The position numbers and the translations under genes are program-made. A stretch of 64,000 nt of DNA from Spirochaetales bacterium. GTDB lineage: Bacteria > Spirochaetota > Spirochaetia > Treponematales > Treponemataceae. The notes under the pieces were generated by a model. The model was not told where the DNA came from, searched no databases, and worked only from the letters and a program-made list of their open reading frames with translations. Shown here one piece after another: positions 1 through 9,195 of this stretch (the stretch's first letter is position 1; the number at the start of each line of letters is the position of its first letter). The stretch is from the NCBI GenBank assembly GCA_003246335.1, contig QKAR01000114.1, positions 920 through 64,919 of the forward strand, written 5' to 3'.

Positions 1-302
1 AGGCCATCGAGTACCCGACTCGCGTCGGTTGGCATAAGTAACTCGACGAAGTTTTTTTTCCCGACCAAAACGAGCGGAGTCCCGGACCACGGCGCGTCCT
101 CTTGCGCGGCGTCGAAAATGGTTCCGTCGCGGTTAAGCAGGCAATAGGATTCGGGAAACGTCGATACGAGCGATAGCAGCAGCGACTGCTGCCGCTCAAG
201 GCGGCGGACCCGCCGCGCGCAGGCGCGCCGCTGAAGCGAGGCGAAAATCGCGAGCGTCGCGCAAAGCAAGAGCGCTGCCGCGAGCGGGGGCGTTAATTGC
301 AT
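1..302 (-). CDS. Partial (runs off window) sensor protein: N-terminal hydrophobic segment followed by a probable PAS-like domain
   Basis: Hand translation from ATG at 302: MQLTPPLAAALLLCATLAIFASLQRR...LLSLVSTFPESYCLLNRDGTIFDAARG..., open to the window edge. AAGGA upstream. The 'P-x-x-hydrophobic-D/N-x-x-G-x-I' pattern is typical of a PAS start. Confidence 0.55.
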   Translation of the reverse strand, partial: MQLTPPLAAALLLCATLAIFASLQRRACARRVRRLERQQSLLLSLVSTFPESYCLLNRDGTIFDAAQEDAPWSGTPLVLVGKKNFVELLMPTDASRVLDG

Positions 303-466
303 ACGATCCTTGCGAAAGACGAACGGGCGAGAAACGCGATCGATTTTTTTACCCGTGAGCCGAGAATCAGCGATTTCAATCCGAAGTTCCCCTTACCCTC
401 AATATTATCACAGTTTCCGGCAAATACCGATGTCCATGACCGAGCCTTCGCGTTATAGTGTGCCGT

Positions 467-1300
467 ATGGGAGAAAAAACTGTGCCGTTTGACGTCACGA
501 TAGCGGCGAACGCCCTCGGAGCGCCGGTACTCCACACGGCCGAAACCGACAGTACGATGGAAGACGCGCGTAACTTAGCCGCGCGGGGATTCCCTTCCGG
601 AACGGTAATTTGCGCCGACTACCAAAGAGCGGGACGCGGCCGGATAGAAGGTCGCGTATGGAACTCGCCCGCCGGCGAGAATTTACTCTGTACCGTCCTT
701 CTGCGCGGGGTTTCCGCGCTCGGCCTCACCCTGCGGGTCGGACTCGCCGTCGCTCGCGCGTTTGACGCGTTCCTCGTCCCGAACGGGCTTGGGGAAACCG
801 CCATAAAATGGCCGAACGACGTGCTGTACCGGGGGAAAAAACTCGCCGGCATTCTCTGCGAAAGCGACGGAGCGGAAATTCTCGTCGGCACGGGATTTAA
901 CCTTGGTCAAAATTCTTTTCCCGAGGAGATTTCCGGTAAGGCGACTTCGCTCGCGCTGGCCCTGTCGGGCGAATCTCGTGCCCCCTTGCCGTCCAGGGAA
1001 GCGTTTCTGACCGAATATCTCGCGCAACTCGCCGCGGCGCTCGATCTCGATGCGTGGCACGAGGCGATTTCGCGCAAATTGCTCTGGCGCGGGGAACGAA
1101 TTACGTTTCTCGCGGGAGACCCCGCGCGCCGAGAAACCTTGGACGGGGTCATCGAGGGAATTGGCCCGTCAGGGGAACTTCTTTTTCGATCGGCCTCGCC
1201 GCTCCCGACGGCGTCCTCCTATCGAACCGACGAAAACGGTGTAACCCGGCTTTGGTCGGGAGAAATCCCCTATCCGACCGATAGCTCTCGCTCGGGATAA
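467..1300 (+). CDS. birA: Biotin-[acetyl-CoA carboxylase] ligase, no N-terminal HTH
   Basis: TDSTM, QRAGRGR, KWPND and KKLAGIL motifs. ATG 467 preferred over GTG 458 because TATAGT (454-459) lies 7 nt upstream. Confidence 0.93.
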   Translation: MGEKTVPFDVTIAANALGAPVLHTAETDSTMEDARNLAARGFPSGTVICADYQRAGRGRIEGRVWNSPAGENLLCTVLLRGVSALGLTLRVGLAVARAFDAFLVPNGLGETAIKWPNDVLYRGKKLAGILCESDGAEILVGTGFNLGQNSFPEEISGKATSLALALSGESRAPLPSREAFLTEYLAQLAAALDLDAWHEAISRKLLWRGERITFLAGDPARRETLDGVIEGIGPSGELLFRSASPLPTASSYRTDENGVTRLWSGEIPYPTDSSRSG

Positions 1301-1332
1301 TGCCGCGGAAAAAACGCGTTATCCCGCCCCCC

Positions 1333-1362
1333 TTGCGCCGCAACGCGACTCCGCGATACTAT
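1333..1362 (+). promoter_or_regulatory. Sigma70-type promoter of serS
   Basis: TTGCGC-18-TACTAT, 8 nt before the ATG, no Shine-Dalgarno. Confidence 0.55.
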
Positions 1363-1370
1363 ATTTCATT

Positions 1371-2648
1371 ATGTTAGACTATCGATTTATCAAGGAAAAC
1401 CTTGACGCCGTTAAGGCAAATATCACGGCTCGCCACATGACCGCCAACGCGGACGCGGTCGTCGCGCTCTTCGATCAGCGAACGGCGCTCACCACCGCCC
1501 TGCAAGCGCTCCAAACGAAACGCAACGATAACGCGAAAGCGATGAAGGGGAAACTCTCCGACGAGGAGCGCAAACGGCTCATCGAAGAGGGAAAGGCGAT
1601 TAAGGACGAGATCGCCCGCGACGAGGCCACGCTCGCGAAAGCCGAGGCCGATTTGGACGCCGCCGGACGCCTCATCCCGAACATGGCGCATCCCGACGCG
1701 CCGGTCGGCAAAGAGGACAAAGACAATACCGAGGTAAAGCGCGTCGGAGAGCCGACGAAATTCGGTTTCGAGCCGAAAGATCACGTACAGCTCGGCGAAG
1801 CCCTCGACCTCATCGACTTTGACGCGGGAACGAAAGTTTCCGGCGTCAAATTCTATTATTTGAAAAACGAAGCCGTATTCCTCGAGCAGGCCCTCATCAT
1901 GTACGCGCTGAACGTCCTGCGCAAGCACGGTTTCACCCCGTTCATCACCCCGGACGTCGCGAAAGAAGAGATTCTCCAAGGAATCGGCTTTAACCCGCGC
2001 GGGAAGGAATCGAACGTTTACAATATCGAGGAAGAGGGTTCCTGCCTCGTCGCAACCGCCGAAATCACCTTAGGAGGATATCACAAGGACGAGATTCTCC
2101 CGAAAGAGAAACTCCCGCTCTTTTACTGCGGGCTCTCGCATTGCTTCCGCCGGGAAGCGGGCGCCTCGGGCCAATTCTCCAAGGGACTCTATCGCGTCCA
2201 TCAGTTCAATAAACTGGAAATGTTCGTCTATTGCCTTCCCGAGGAGTCGGATGCCCTCCACGAAAAACTCCGCCTCATCGAGGAGGAAATTTTCACCGGC
2301 CTCGGCATTCCGTTCCGCGTAGTCGATACGTGCACCGGCGACCTTGGCGCTCCCGCGTACCGGAAATGGGATCTCGAAGCCTGGATGCCCGGAAGAAACG
2401 GCGGCGAATGGGGCGAAGTTACCTCGACGTCAAATTGCACCGACTTTCAGGCGCGTCGTCTCAACGTGCGCTACAAAGACGACGACGGCAAGAATAAGTT
2501 CGTTCATATGCTGAACGGTACCGCTATTGCCCTTTCGCGCGCGATGATCGCCGTGCTGGAAAATTACCAGCAAGCGGACGGTTCGATTAAGGTTCCGGCC
2601 CCACTCGTCGCTTACTGCGGATTTGACGTGATTAAACCCAGACGGTAA
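1371..2648 (+). CDS. serS: Seryl-tRNA synthetase
   Basis: N-terminal coiled-coil arm, ATAE, SHCFRREAG, GLYRVHQFNKLE, EVTSTSNCTDFQARRL, HMLNGTAIA. Confidence 0.98.
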   Translation: MLDYRFIKENLDAVKANITARHMTANADAVVALFDQRTALTTALQALQTKRNDNAKAMKGKLSDEERKRLIEEGKAIKDEIARDEATLAKAEADLDAAGRLIPNMAHPDAPVGKEDKDNTEVKRVGEPTKFGFEPKDHVQLGEALDLIDFDAGTKVSGVKFYYLKNEAVFLEQALIMYALNVLRKHGFTPFITPDVAKEEILQGIGFNPRGKESNVYNIEEEGSCLVATAEITLGGYHKDEILPKEKLPLFYCGLSHCFRREAGASGQFSKGLYRVHQFNKLEMFVYCLPEESDALHEKLRLIEEEIFTGLGIPFRVVDTCTGDLGAPAYRKWDLEAWMPGRNGGEWGEVTSTSNCTDFQARRLNVRYKDDDGKNKFVHMLNGTAIALSRAMIAVLENYQQADGSIKVPAPLVAYCGFDVIKPRR

Positions 2649-2695
2649 TACTTTTCGTCATCTGTCGTACTCGTATTGTTATTAGAAAGCGAAAG

Positions 2696-2726
2696 GCCGC
2701 CTTCTTTATCGAAGGCGGCTTTTTTT
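2696..2726 (+). terminator. Intrinsic terminator after serS
   Basis: GCCGCCTTC-tttatc-GAAGGCGGC followed by T7. Confidence 0.9.
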
Positions 2727-2749
2727 ATTCGTTACGACTTGCATTAATT

Positions 2750-2794
2750 CGCATTTTTATGTAATTTATACAAAATTAAATGAATATTTATACA
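2750..2794. promoter_or_regulatory. ARG-box-like operator sites upstream of the amino-acid ABC operon
   Basis: TGAATATTTATACA (2781-2794) fits TGnATwwwwATnCA exactly. CGCATTTTTATGTA (2750-2763) fits with 2 mismatches. Confidence 0.45.
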
Positions 2795-2828
2795 GAGTCA
2801 AAGCAACGAGAATAGGAGGTACGGTAGC

Positions 2829-3557
2829 ATGATAACGCTCGAAGACGTCAACAAGCATTTCGGCAAATTGCACGTGCTTAAAAATATCAATCTCCAAGTA
2901 GCCGAAGGCGAGAAACTCGTGGTCATCGGTCCCAGCGGTTCGGGAAAAAGCACGCTGATTCGGTGCATGAATTACCTCGAAAAACCCGGTTCGGGGCGCA
3001 TTACCGTCAACGGTATCGATTTAACGGGAAAACACCCGCGAGTGCGCCAAGTCCGCGAAACGGCGGGTATGGTATTTCAGCAGTTCAACCTTTATCCGCA
3101 TAAAACGGCTTTGGAAAACTGCACGCTCGCCCCGATGAAAATTCTCAAAAAAAGCAAGGCCGAGGCGGAAGCAACGGCGGTTAAGTATTTAACGCGGGTC
3201 GGCCTCAAGGACAAGCTCGACGCCTACCCTTCGCAGCTTTCCGGCGGTCAACAGCAGCGCGTCGCCATCGCCCGAACCCTGAGCATGAACCCCAAAATCA
3301 TGCTGTTCGACGAGCCGACAAGCGCCCTCGACCCCGAGATGATTCAGGAAGTGCTCGACGTCATGGTGAGCCTTTCCCACGAAAAAATCACCATGGTCGT
3401 CGTGACGCACGAAATGGGTTTCGCGCGCGAGGTCGCCGACCGCGTCGTGTTCATGGATTCGGGGGAGATAATCGAAACCGGCACGCCGGAGCACTTTTTC
3501 ACTAACCCCGAGCATCCCCGCGCGAAGGCGTTCCTGGGAAAAATTCTGCGCAATTAG
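2829..3557 (+). CDS. glnQ: Polar amino-acid ABC transporter ATPase (GlnQ family)
   Basis: [46 protein letters not shown]. Confidence 0.92.
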   Translation: MITLEDVNKHFGKLHVLKNINLQVAEGEKLVVIGPSGSGKSTLIRCMNYLEKPGSGRITVNGIDLTGKHPRVRQVRETAGMVFQQFNLYPHKTALENCTLAPMKILKKSKAEAEATAVKYLTRVGLKDKLDAYPSQLSGGQQQRVAIARTLSMNPKIMLFDEPTSALDPEMIQEVLDVMVSLSHEKITMVVVTHEMGFAREVADRVVFMDSGEIIETGTPEHFFTNPEHPRAKAFLGKILRN

Positions 3558-3647
3558 CGGCATTTCCCCGAGCGAGCGCTCAGAATTTGTTTTGGATTCA
3601 CGCGGGACTTCGCGGTTCCGCTAAAAAAAAGAAAAGGAGCTCAACGT

Positions 3648-4445
3648 ATGAAACTCAACCGAAAAATCGTCGCGGGTCTCATCCTGATGGCGGGATTCTC
3701 CGCACTCGCCGTGGCCGGCGGTAAAAAAGACGGAGCCGCCACCGAAATCGACGCCATTAAGAAAGCCGGCGTTCTCAAAGTCGGCGTCAAGGTCGACGTG
3801 CCCAAATTCGGGTATAAAGACCCCACGACCGGCGTTATCTCCGGAATGGAAATCGATATCGCCAAGGCGATCGCCAAAGACATTCTCGGCGACCCCGAAA
3901 AAGTCTCGTTCCAGGCCGTTACCGCGAAAACCCGCGGGCCGCTCCTCGATTCCGGCGAGCTCGACATGGTCATCGCGACGTTCACGATCACCGAAGAGCG
4001 CAAGCTCAGCTATAACTTCACCGATCCCTACTACACCGACGGCATCGCCCTTCTCGTGAAAAAAGACGCCGGATACTCGGTCCTGAAGGATCTCGCCGGC
4101 AAGACGGTCGGCGTCGCGCAGAGCGCCACGACGAAAAAAGCCCTTGAGGCCGCCGCGACCGAAGGCGGTTATTCGCTCAAGTTCGCCGAGTTCGCGAGCT
4201 ATCCCGAAATCAAAACCGCCCTTGAGTCAGGCCGCGTCGACGCCTTCTCGGTAGACGCCTCCATCCTCGGCGGATACGTAGACGATAAGTCCGTCATCCT
4301 TTCCGAGCGATTCTCGCCCCAAAACTACGGCGTCGCGACGAAACTGTCGAACAAGGCCCTTGCGCAGTTCGTGAACGACAAAGTCAACGCCATGAAATCC
4401 TCCGGCGAGCTCGACGCTCTCGTCGCGAAATGGGGACTCAAATAA
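3648..4445 (+). CDS. Amino-acid ABC substrate-binding protein (PEB1a/GlnH-like, probably Glu/Asp/Gln)
   Basis: Signal peptide ending AVA-GGKKD, GVKVDVPKFGY, AVTAKTRGPLLDSGELD, ATFTITEERK. Confidence 0.9.
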   Translation: MKLNRKIVAGLILMAGFSALAVAGGKKDGAATEIDAIKKAGVLKVGVKVDVPKFGYKDPTTGVISGMEIDIAKAIAKDILGDPEKVSFQAVTAKTRGPLLDSGELDMVIATFTITEERKLSYNFTDPYYTDGIALLVKKDAGYSVLKDLAGKTVGVAQSATTKKALEAAATEGGYSLKFAEFASYPEIKTALESGRVDAFSVDASILGGYVDDKSVILSERFSPQNYGVATKLSNKALAQFVNDKVNAMKSSGELDALVAKWGLK

Positions 4446-4491
4446 CAGCCAAGCGTTAGCGCCTCCCCGGGAAACATCCCGAGGGGACGCA

Positions 4492-4525
4492 CGCGCGGGC
4501 CTGTCCCGCGCGATTTTTTATTTTT
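4492..4525 (+). terminator. Intra-operon hairpin plus U-tract between the binding protein and permease genes
   Basis: CGCGCGGG-cctgt-CCCGCGCG followed by ATTTTTTATTTTT. Confidence 0.65.
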
Positions 4526-4604
4526 GGATCGGAACCGACATGAAACGCGCAACTGACAACGCAAAGGACGCGAATGCTCGCGGGGCTAAACGCCCGAACG
4601 CCCT

Positions 4605-5297
4605 ATGAACGGCCCTTTCGCAATCTTTAAATGGAAAGCCCTTTTCGTCGATTGGATCGTTTTCGCGCAGGGGCTCGGCACCACCGTTTTAGTCTCAGCC
4701 GTCGCGCTCTTTCTCGCGTTAGTGCTCGGGATCGTTTTAGGCCTTTTCGGCACGGCGACGAACCGAGGGCTCCGAGCCATTAACCGCGTTTACGTCGAGT
4801 TCATCCAAAACACGCCGCTCGTCATCCAAGTCTTCTTTTGGTACAACGGATTGCCCTACGTCGGAGTCGTTTTGCCGACGCTCATCATCGGTTTCGCGGC
4901 CCTCTCGATCTATACCGGCGCCTACGTCGCCGAAGTCGTTCGCGCGGGCGTGCAGGCCATACCGCGAGGACAAATCGAGGCCGCGTACTCGCAAGGATTC
5001 ACCTACCCGCAGGCCATGCGCTACATCATTCTGCCCCAGGCGCTGAAAATCATGCTGCCGCCGCTCACGAACGTCGCGGTAAACCTCATAAAAAACAGCT
5101 CGGTACTCGCGATCGTCGCCGGCGGAGACCTTATGTATCACACGGATTCCTGGTCAAGCGGAAATCTCTTTTACGGACCCGCCTACGTCGTGACGGGATT
5201 ACTCTACTTCGCGATGTGCTATCCCCTCACCCGTCTCGCTAAAAGCCTCGAATCTCGCGTATCCGAGGACGCAGTTCGGAAAGGGGGCAAAAAATGA
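4605..5297 (+). CDS. Amino-acid ABC permease (HisM/GlnP family)
   Basis: YVEFIQNTPL, AEVVRAGVQAIPRGQIEAAYSQG (EAA loop), multiple TM segments. Confidence 0.92.
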   Translation: MNGPFAIFKWKALFVDWIVFAQGLGTTVLVSAVALFLALVLGIVLGLFGTATNRGLRAINRVYVEFIQNTPLVIQVFFWYNGLPYVGVVLPTLIIGFAALSIYTGAYVAEVVRAGVQAIPRGQIEAAYSQGFTYPQAMRYIILPQALKIMLPPLTNVAVNLIKNSSVLAIVAGGDLMYHTDSWSSGNLFYGPAYVVTGLLYFAMCYPLTRLAKSLESRVSEDAVRKGGKK

Positions 5298-5929
5298 TCT
5301 CGACGGTGCTTACGCCCTCAAACATAAAGTTTCTCCTCTCTGGCTTGGGAACGACGCTCTATATCGCGCTGGTCTCCATCGCGTTCAGCATCGTTTTCGG
5401 CATACTGCTCGCCCTCGCGAAAGACGGCCATCACCGCGTTTTGCGCAGATTCAGCATCATGTACATCGATTTTTTCCGCAATATACCCAACTTGCTGGTT
5501 ATTCTCGCGATGCGTTTCATCGTGCCGATGAAGGCGGTCGATACCGGTATTTTGTCGATTACGCTATTTACCTCGGCGGTCATCGCGGAAATCATCCGCG
5601 GAGGGCTTAACTCGGTCAAGAAAGGCCAGTACGAAGCGGCGTATTCTCAGGGTTTTTCAAGGACCAAAACGCTTCTGTACATCGTTTTGCCCCAGGCGAT
5701 ACGCAATATGCTGCCGACGCTCCTTTCGCAGTTCATCACGGTGATTAAGGACACGTCTTTTCTCTGGGCAGTCGGCATCGAGGAGCTCACGGGAAAAGGC
5801 ATGATAATCATGGGCAGTTTCGCGACCGGATCGCAAATATTCATGCTGTTCGCGGTATTGATGCTCACGTATTTCACGGTCAATTTCCTGCTCTCGCTGC
5901 TCATCCGAACGCAAAAAAGCAAATATTGA
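5294..5929 (+). CDS. Amino-acid ABC permease (second subunit)
   Basis: YIDFFRNIP, AEIIRGG..GQYEAAYSQG, IKDTS. ATGA overlap with the previous gene. Confidence 0.92.
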   Translation: MISTVLTPSNIKFLLSGLGTTLYIALVSIAFSIVFGILLALAKDGHHRVLRRFSIMYIDFFRNIPNLLVILAMRFIVPMKAVDTGILSITLFTSAVIAEIIRGGLNSVKKGQYEAAYSQGFSRTKTLLYIVLPQAIRNMLPTLLSQFITVIKDTSFLWAVGIEELTGKGMIIMGSFATGSQIFMLFAVLMLTYFTVNFLLSLLIRTQKSKY

Positions 5930-6048
5930 AATTTCCTCGCCGCCGGAATTCACCGACGGCAAAAATAAGCTATTATAAAATCAACCGCATTGCAAAAAGT
6001 GACTAAAAAACTACGCGTAACGGGAATTCGGTACGCATTGGAGCGGTA

Positions 6049-6534
6049 ATGAACGTACGGCTTATTAATCCTTTTCTGTCGGCGACGATGGGCGTTTTTG
6101 AGCAGACTTTTCAGTTGGGCGCGACGCCCGGCGATGTGTATTTGGACGAACGCGCGTATACGCATCGATGGGATATCTCCGCGGTCATGGTCTTAACCGG
6201 GAACGCGATCGGGGTCGTCGCGATCAGGCTTACCCGCGTGCTCGCGGATAAGCTCTTGGGACGATCCGGGGTTACGTGGGAAAACCAGGAAGAACGGGAA
6301 AAACTCGTCAACGGTATGGTCGGAGAGCTCGTGAACGTCATCGCTGCGCAGGCTTCTAACCATCTCGAAGAGTATAAAATCGAGATATCGGTGCCAATCG
6401 TCGTGCAAGGAATCAATCACACGATCTCATGGCCCGACAAGCAACCGATCGTCGCGATACCTTTCTCGACGACGGTTGGGCCGTTTGTCGTGAACGTCAG
6501 CCTCTTTGAATTGCCTCGGGCCTACCGAAAGTAG
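6049..6534 (+). CDS. cheX: CheX-family CheY-P phosphatase
   Basis: INPFL N-terminus, ISAVMVLTG, GELVNVIA (E-x-x-N catalytic motif), ISVPIVVQG. Confidence 0.82.
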   Translation: MNVRLINPFLSATMGVFEQTFQLGATPGDVYLDERAYTHRWDISAVMVLTGNAIGVVAIRLTRVLADKLLGRSGVTWENQEEREKLVNGMVGELVNVIAAQASNHLEEYKIEISVPIVVQGINHTISWPDKQPIVAIPFSTTVGPFVVNVSLFELPRAYRK

Positions 6535-6544
6535 GCCCGAGGCG

Positions 6545-7075
6545 TCATTTCACCTGGCTAAAAAGGCCCGCGATATCGGCGCGCCAAGAAGCCGCCGTTT
6601 CGCGGTTTTCCCATTCGATCGTCCTGACGATCCGGAATTTGCGGGTATCGGAAGGATTCTCGAAAACCACGACGGCAAAACGACCATGACCGATGTAGGC
6701 GAGTTTTTCGCTCGCCGCGAGGTTTTCAGCGCCTTGCAGGAAACTCAGCACGCAATCGAAATGCACCGGGGCTCCGCCCTCGCGGTCCGCGAGCGCGGAC
6801 GTTATATCCTGGATTGGCTGCCCGCAACGGGGGCACGTCGGCGTCGGGAGTTTTGGCAACGGAATTTGCTCTTCCCGGCGCTCGCGGCGATTTTCCTTTT
6901 GCTGGTCCCTGCGACCGCCGGAAGCGTCGCGCGCGGGGCCGGAAGTTTGCCGCTGATCGCGTGTCCGGGCTTGATCCCCGGAACGTCCGCCCTGGTTCGC
7001 GTTCGCGCCGTTCCCGCCGCCGCGTCTCCTTCTATGTCGTTCTTTTTTTCGGGGATTATCGGTAAACTCGCTCAT
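6545..7075 (-). CDS. Hypothetical protein: Arg/Gly-rich disordered N-terminus plus putative Zn finger
   Basis: CPRC...HFDC (C3H ligand set), YIGHGRFAVV. ATG 7075 follows a GAGGGTAAGGA purine stretch. Confidence 0.75.
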   Translation of the reverse strand: MSEFTDNPRKKERHRRRRGGGNGANANQGGRSGDQARTRDQRQTSGPARDASGGRRDQQKENRRERREEQIPLPKLPTPTCPRCGQPIQDITSALADREGGAPVHFDCVLSFLQGAENLAASEKLAYIGHGRFAVVVFENPSDTRKFRIVRTIEWENRETAASWRADIAGLFSQVK

Positions 7076-7217
7076 GAAATACGTCCTTACCCTCAATGAT
7101 TTTATTGCTCAAAATGAGCGCGATTCTCTGGATGGCGCCCTGAACGTATCCTTCATCCTTTATTTTTTCCTTCAGCTCAAGGATTCGGGGATTTTCAGTC
7201 GCGATCTTTTTGGTCAT
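7056..7217 (-). CDS. Small 53-aa helical protein absent from the ORF track (below its size cutoff)
   Basis: MTKKIATENPRILELKEKIKDEGYVQGAIQRIALILSNKIIEGKDVFHERVYR*. Its ATG overlaps the yraN-like stop (TAATG), and it fills the entire gap between two co-oriented genes. Confidence 0.7.
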   Translation of the reverse strand: MTKKIATENPRILELKEKIKDEGYVQGAIQRIALILSNKIIEGKDVFHERVYR

Positions 7218-7570
7218 TATACACGCTCCGAGAAGGCATCTTTGAGGTGACGCACGACTGAATTAACCAGCACGACGTCAAACCGAACATACATACCATT
7301 ATATTGTCGATGCGTGTCGAGGAAACATTTAGCCGTTTCCACGATTCTTTTCCTCTTCGTCCGCCCGATCGCGCGCTCGAGGTCGAGCGCGTCGCCGTTT
7401 GGCCAAGTTTTAACCTCAATGAACACCAGAGTATCGGTTTCTATGGCGATTATATCAATTTCGCCCGATCTTGTCCGCCAATTTCGCGCGATGACGAGCC
7501 ATCCTTCCGCCGCCAACTTCGCCGCGACGAGCGATTCCCCGTCGCGACCGACGCGCGAGTGATCACTCAA
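7217..7570 (-). CDS. YraN/UPF0102 family PD-(D/E)xK nuclease-like protein
   Basis: GRDGE, RNWRTRSGEIDIIA, FIEVKT, RFDVV. Confidence 0.9.
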   Translation of the reverse strand: MSDHSRVGRDGESLVAAKLAAEGWLVIARNWRTRSGEIDIIAIETDTLVFIEVKTWPNGDALDLERAIGRTKRKRIVETAKCFLDTHRQYNGMYVRFDVVLVNSVVRHLKDAFSERV

Positions 7571-8915
7571 TCTTTTGGTATTCCGACGGGTCGATGGCCC
7601 GCGCGATGAAAAGGTTCCGATTCGCGATCAAGTCGATGAGCTCGCCCTCGTTATTCGTGTACGGCTTCGCGAACTCGTCGATCAATACGCGAATGACGGG
7701 ACGTAGCGGCGCTTCCTTGTGGCTCTCCACAACGCGCGCGATGACGGAATTATTCATGAGTACGATGGATCCGATGGGATAAATTCCCATGCTTTGAATC
7801 ATTGCCTTTATGATATCCGGGTCAAAGCGGCGCGAGTTGTCGGAAAGGAGGTTTTTCATGGCCTGATAGCCAACCATCGAGTTACGCCACGCCTTAGGCG
7901 AAACCATCGCCTCGAACGCGTCCGCGACGGAAATAATGCGCGCGCCGACGTCAATCGCCGAGCCCACTAAGCGGCCGGGATAGCCGGTACCGTCCCAGCG
8001 CTCGTGATGCTGCGCCGCGGCCTTTCCCACCTCGTCGGCGTACAACAGGTCGTTCACGATGAGCTTATACCCGTAAAACGTATGAGAGCGCATCGTTTGC
8101 GTCTCGGCGTCGTCAAGCTTACCCTCTTTATTGACGATTGCCTCTGGGACGCGCAGCATCCCGACGTCATGGAGGAGGGCTCCGGTGGCGACTTGCAGCA
8201 ATCGATGGCGGGGAAGGTCCATGTGTGACCCGATGATGATCGACAATATGGCGGTGTTTATGGAGCTTTTCGCCAAATCCATATCGCGAATGTCCCCGCC
8301 GAGGATGAAACCGACCATCTCGGAACGTTCGGCCTGTATCGCTGAAAAAAGATCCGTAACGATTTTATCGATGCCACGCGTACGGATTTCCTCTTGGTTA
8401 CGGATATCCGAAAAAATTGCGTGGAGCGCGGAAACGAGTTCGCGATACGACTTATAAAGCGTATCAACGCCCAAGACTGAAGGGAGCTTAAGGATTTGCT
8501 CGGAGGTGTACGCGAAGGCATCGAGGGAAGGGCTTTCTTCAGCGACTTCGGCGACGGCGCTAGGAGAAGAAGTCCGGGTAGCGGGAGTGGCGTGAGACGG
8601 TTCCTTTCCTTGCTCGCCCCGCCCCGACGGACGAGACGAGCCGGTACGCTCGCCCTCTTCTTCGTCGCCGCCGATATCCTCGAGGTCCTCAAGTTCCTCG
8701 ATGGCGTCGGGTGAATCAGCCAAAACCTCCCCCTCAGAGAGAATCCTTCCGGCGGTAAGCACGTAAGAAACTTTCCATCGATCGAGGGCCTTCAGCTCCC
8801 GTTGCTTGATGGAAACCCCGGAGGAAACCAGCATGTTTTCCCCGTCGTCGAAGAATACCGGCGCCGAAAACCTCATCCCCTCGACGATTTCGTTTCGATA
8901 GACTTTTTTTAGCAT
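7563..8915 (-). CDS. HD-GYP domain protein (putative c-di-GMP phosphodiesterase) with N-terminal domain and acidic linker
   Basis: LHDVG, HHERWDGTGYP, IISVADAFEAM. Start moved to ATG 8915 (GAGG RBS); the longer track ORF extension overlaps the upstream gene. Confidence 0.9.
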   Translation of the reverse strand: MLKKVYRNEIVEGMRFSAPVFFDDGENMLVSSGVSIKQRELKALDRWKVSYVLTAGRILSEGEVLADSPDAIEELEDLEDIGGDEEEGERTGSSRPSGRGEQGKEPSHATPATRTSSPSAVAEVAEESPSLDAFAYTSEQILKLPSVLGVDTLYKSYRELVSALHAIFSDIRNQEEIRTRGIDKIVTDLFSAIQAERSEMVGFILGGDIRDMDLAKSSINTAILSIIIGSHMDLPRHRLLQVATGALLHDVGMLRVPEAIVNKEGKLDDAETQTMRSHTFYGYKLIVNDLLYADEVGKAAAQHHERWDGTGYPGRLVGSAIDVGARIISVADAFEAMVSPKAWRNSMVGYQAMKNLLSDNSRRFDPDIIKAMIQSMGIYPIGSIVLMNNSVIARVVESHKEAPLRPVIRVLIDEFAKPYTNNEGELIDLIANRNLFIARAIDPSEYQKIE

Positions 8916-8937
8916 GATAAACCTCGTCCAAACTTTA

Positions 8938-9195
8938 TTAAAATGTATTCTCAGCAAGACCCTTTTCAAGAAAGGCGAAAATGGCCGCGACGGCCTCCCA
9001 AGTCTCGTACGGCACGCAGGTTCCGACGTCGACGACGGACAAAGTTTCCGATAAAAGCGGATCGTCAACGATGGGGATACCGCATGATTGGGCGATTTCG
9101 AGCATGCGCTCCGCGAGCGCGTCTTTGCCTCGGGCAATCACGACCGGCGCAGACTCATTTCCCGACCACGCAAGCGCCACTGTTTTTTTCGCCAT
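8938..9195 (-). CDS. Stand-alone FlhB C-terminal (FlhB-CC / FlhX-like) domain protein
   Basis: VALAW...APVVIARG..LAERMLEIA...IPIVDDPLL...VPYETWEAVAAIFAFL matches the post-cleavage FlhB/YscU domain. Confidence 0.88.
   Translation of the reverse strand: MAKKTVALAWSGNESAPVVIARGKDALAERMLEIAQSCGIPIVDDPLLSETLSVVDVGTCVPYETWEAVAAIFAFLEKGLAENTF

Noticed and set aside
391-7097. Identical 13-mer CCTTACCCTCAAT at 391-403 and 7085-7097
   Set aside because: The second copy is coding sequence of the 53-aa ORF and doubles as an RBS; 13-mer coincidences are expected in 64 kb.
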